Source: Podarcis cretensis (taxonomy: Eukaryota). Taken from it: a stretch of DNA of 64,000 nucleotides. Positions within the stretch are counted from its first letter, which is position 1. Every line of letters starts with the position of its first letter. Shown piece after piece: positions 63,079-64,000 of this stretch. A model generated the notes under the pieces. It was not told the origin of the DNA, searched no databases, and worked only from the letters and a program-made list of their open reading frames with translations. The DNA lies in NCBI GenBank assembly GCA_951804945.1, contig OX638152.1, positions 77,500,001-77,564,000 on the forward strand, given 5' to 3'. A program made the translations under genes and the position numbers.

Positions 63079-63702
63079 ATATTCAAAAGGCCACCTCTTA
63101 TTTGCATCCTTCTCCATCTATCTATTTGTATGTCTTCTAGAACCTGTTGATAAAGATAAGGGTGACGGGGCAGTCATTTCATATAAGTACGTAAGTCCAT
63201 GTCATTAATAAACTTTGCAAGCACATGTACACAGCTGTAGAGCATATGTGACTGAAGAGCCTTGGGTGGGTGGAATGATGCTGCATTTAATAAGCAGAAC
63301 AGCATAAATGTCACTGTCGTAAGTTAACATTAAAGTTCTCCTAGAAAACGGGACCCATGCGAGCTAAATTCTGAAATGAAGAGGCACGAACAAGTGAACC
63401 AAATTGTTTTGCATCTAACACCACTGGTCACAAAGCCCCCCCAAAACAACAGCAACCCTATTTTAATTGATTATCTTCTGAAATACACACAGGTTGTTTA
63501 TTTACAGTGTGCTTTTGTACATAGAGGTTTGCAGTTATACACACCTTCCTGTGATGAGATCATCTAAAGCATCAGCTACTATCGGTGTTGTCTGTACAAA
63601 CACAGATGTTTTCAAACTAGGGTGCAATGGTGTTCTTTATTCGCCTCCCCTCAATTAGTGTCCACGCAGTTCTTTCAAAGTGAGGGGTTGGATACTGGTG
63701 TA

Positions 63703-63944
63703 CAGTGGTACCTCGGGTTAAGTACTTAATTCGTTCCGGAGGTCCGTACTTAACCTGAAACTGTTCTTAACCTGAAGCACCACTTTAGCTAATGGGGCCT
63801 CCTGCTGCTGCCGCGCCACCGGAGCACAATTTCTGTTCTCATCCTGAAGCAAAGTTCTTAACCTGAAGCACTATTTCTGGGTTAGCGGAGTCCATAACCT
63901 GAAGCGTATGTAACCTGAAGCTTATGTAACCTGAGGTACCACTG
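63703..63944. mobile_element. CAGTGGTACC-family MITE
   Basis: TIRs, TA TSD. Confidence 0.9.
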
Positions 63945-64000
63945 TATTGATATTTTGATGTACAGGGAAAAAAGGAATGTCAGTATTGAGAGACAGCTAA

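Overview
Eukaryotic, non-coding, transposon-rich vertebrate DNA. The repeat complement points to a squamate, most likely a lacertid lizard: Sauria/Squam1 SINEs with (ACCTTT)n tails, a Squam3-like SINE with a (CTT)n tail, tRNA/CR1-tail SINEs, Bov-B (RTE), young L2, CR1, Penelope and many TA-flanked Tc1/mariner-type MITEs. I could not recognise any host protein-coding gene. The interpretable ORFs in the track are fragments of L2, Bov-B, CR1 or mariner; the rest look like chance ORFs. Between the repeats are long unique AT-rich blocks that look like conserved non-coding elements of a gene desert or giant intron, and all four short N-runs (150, 140, 164, 204 nt) fall inside such blocks. The most unusual object is a 1,635-bp TGT...ACA solo-LTR-like element (43887-45521). 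It has two promoter-like modules, a CTCF motif and what may be a decayed ~320-codon ORF in its putative U3. Repeat family names come from my recall of motifs, not from a database search.
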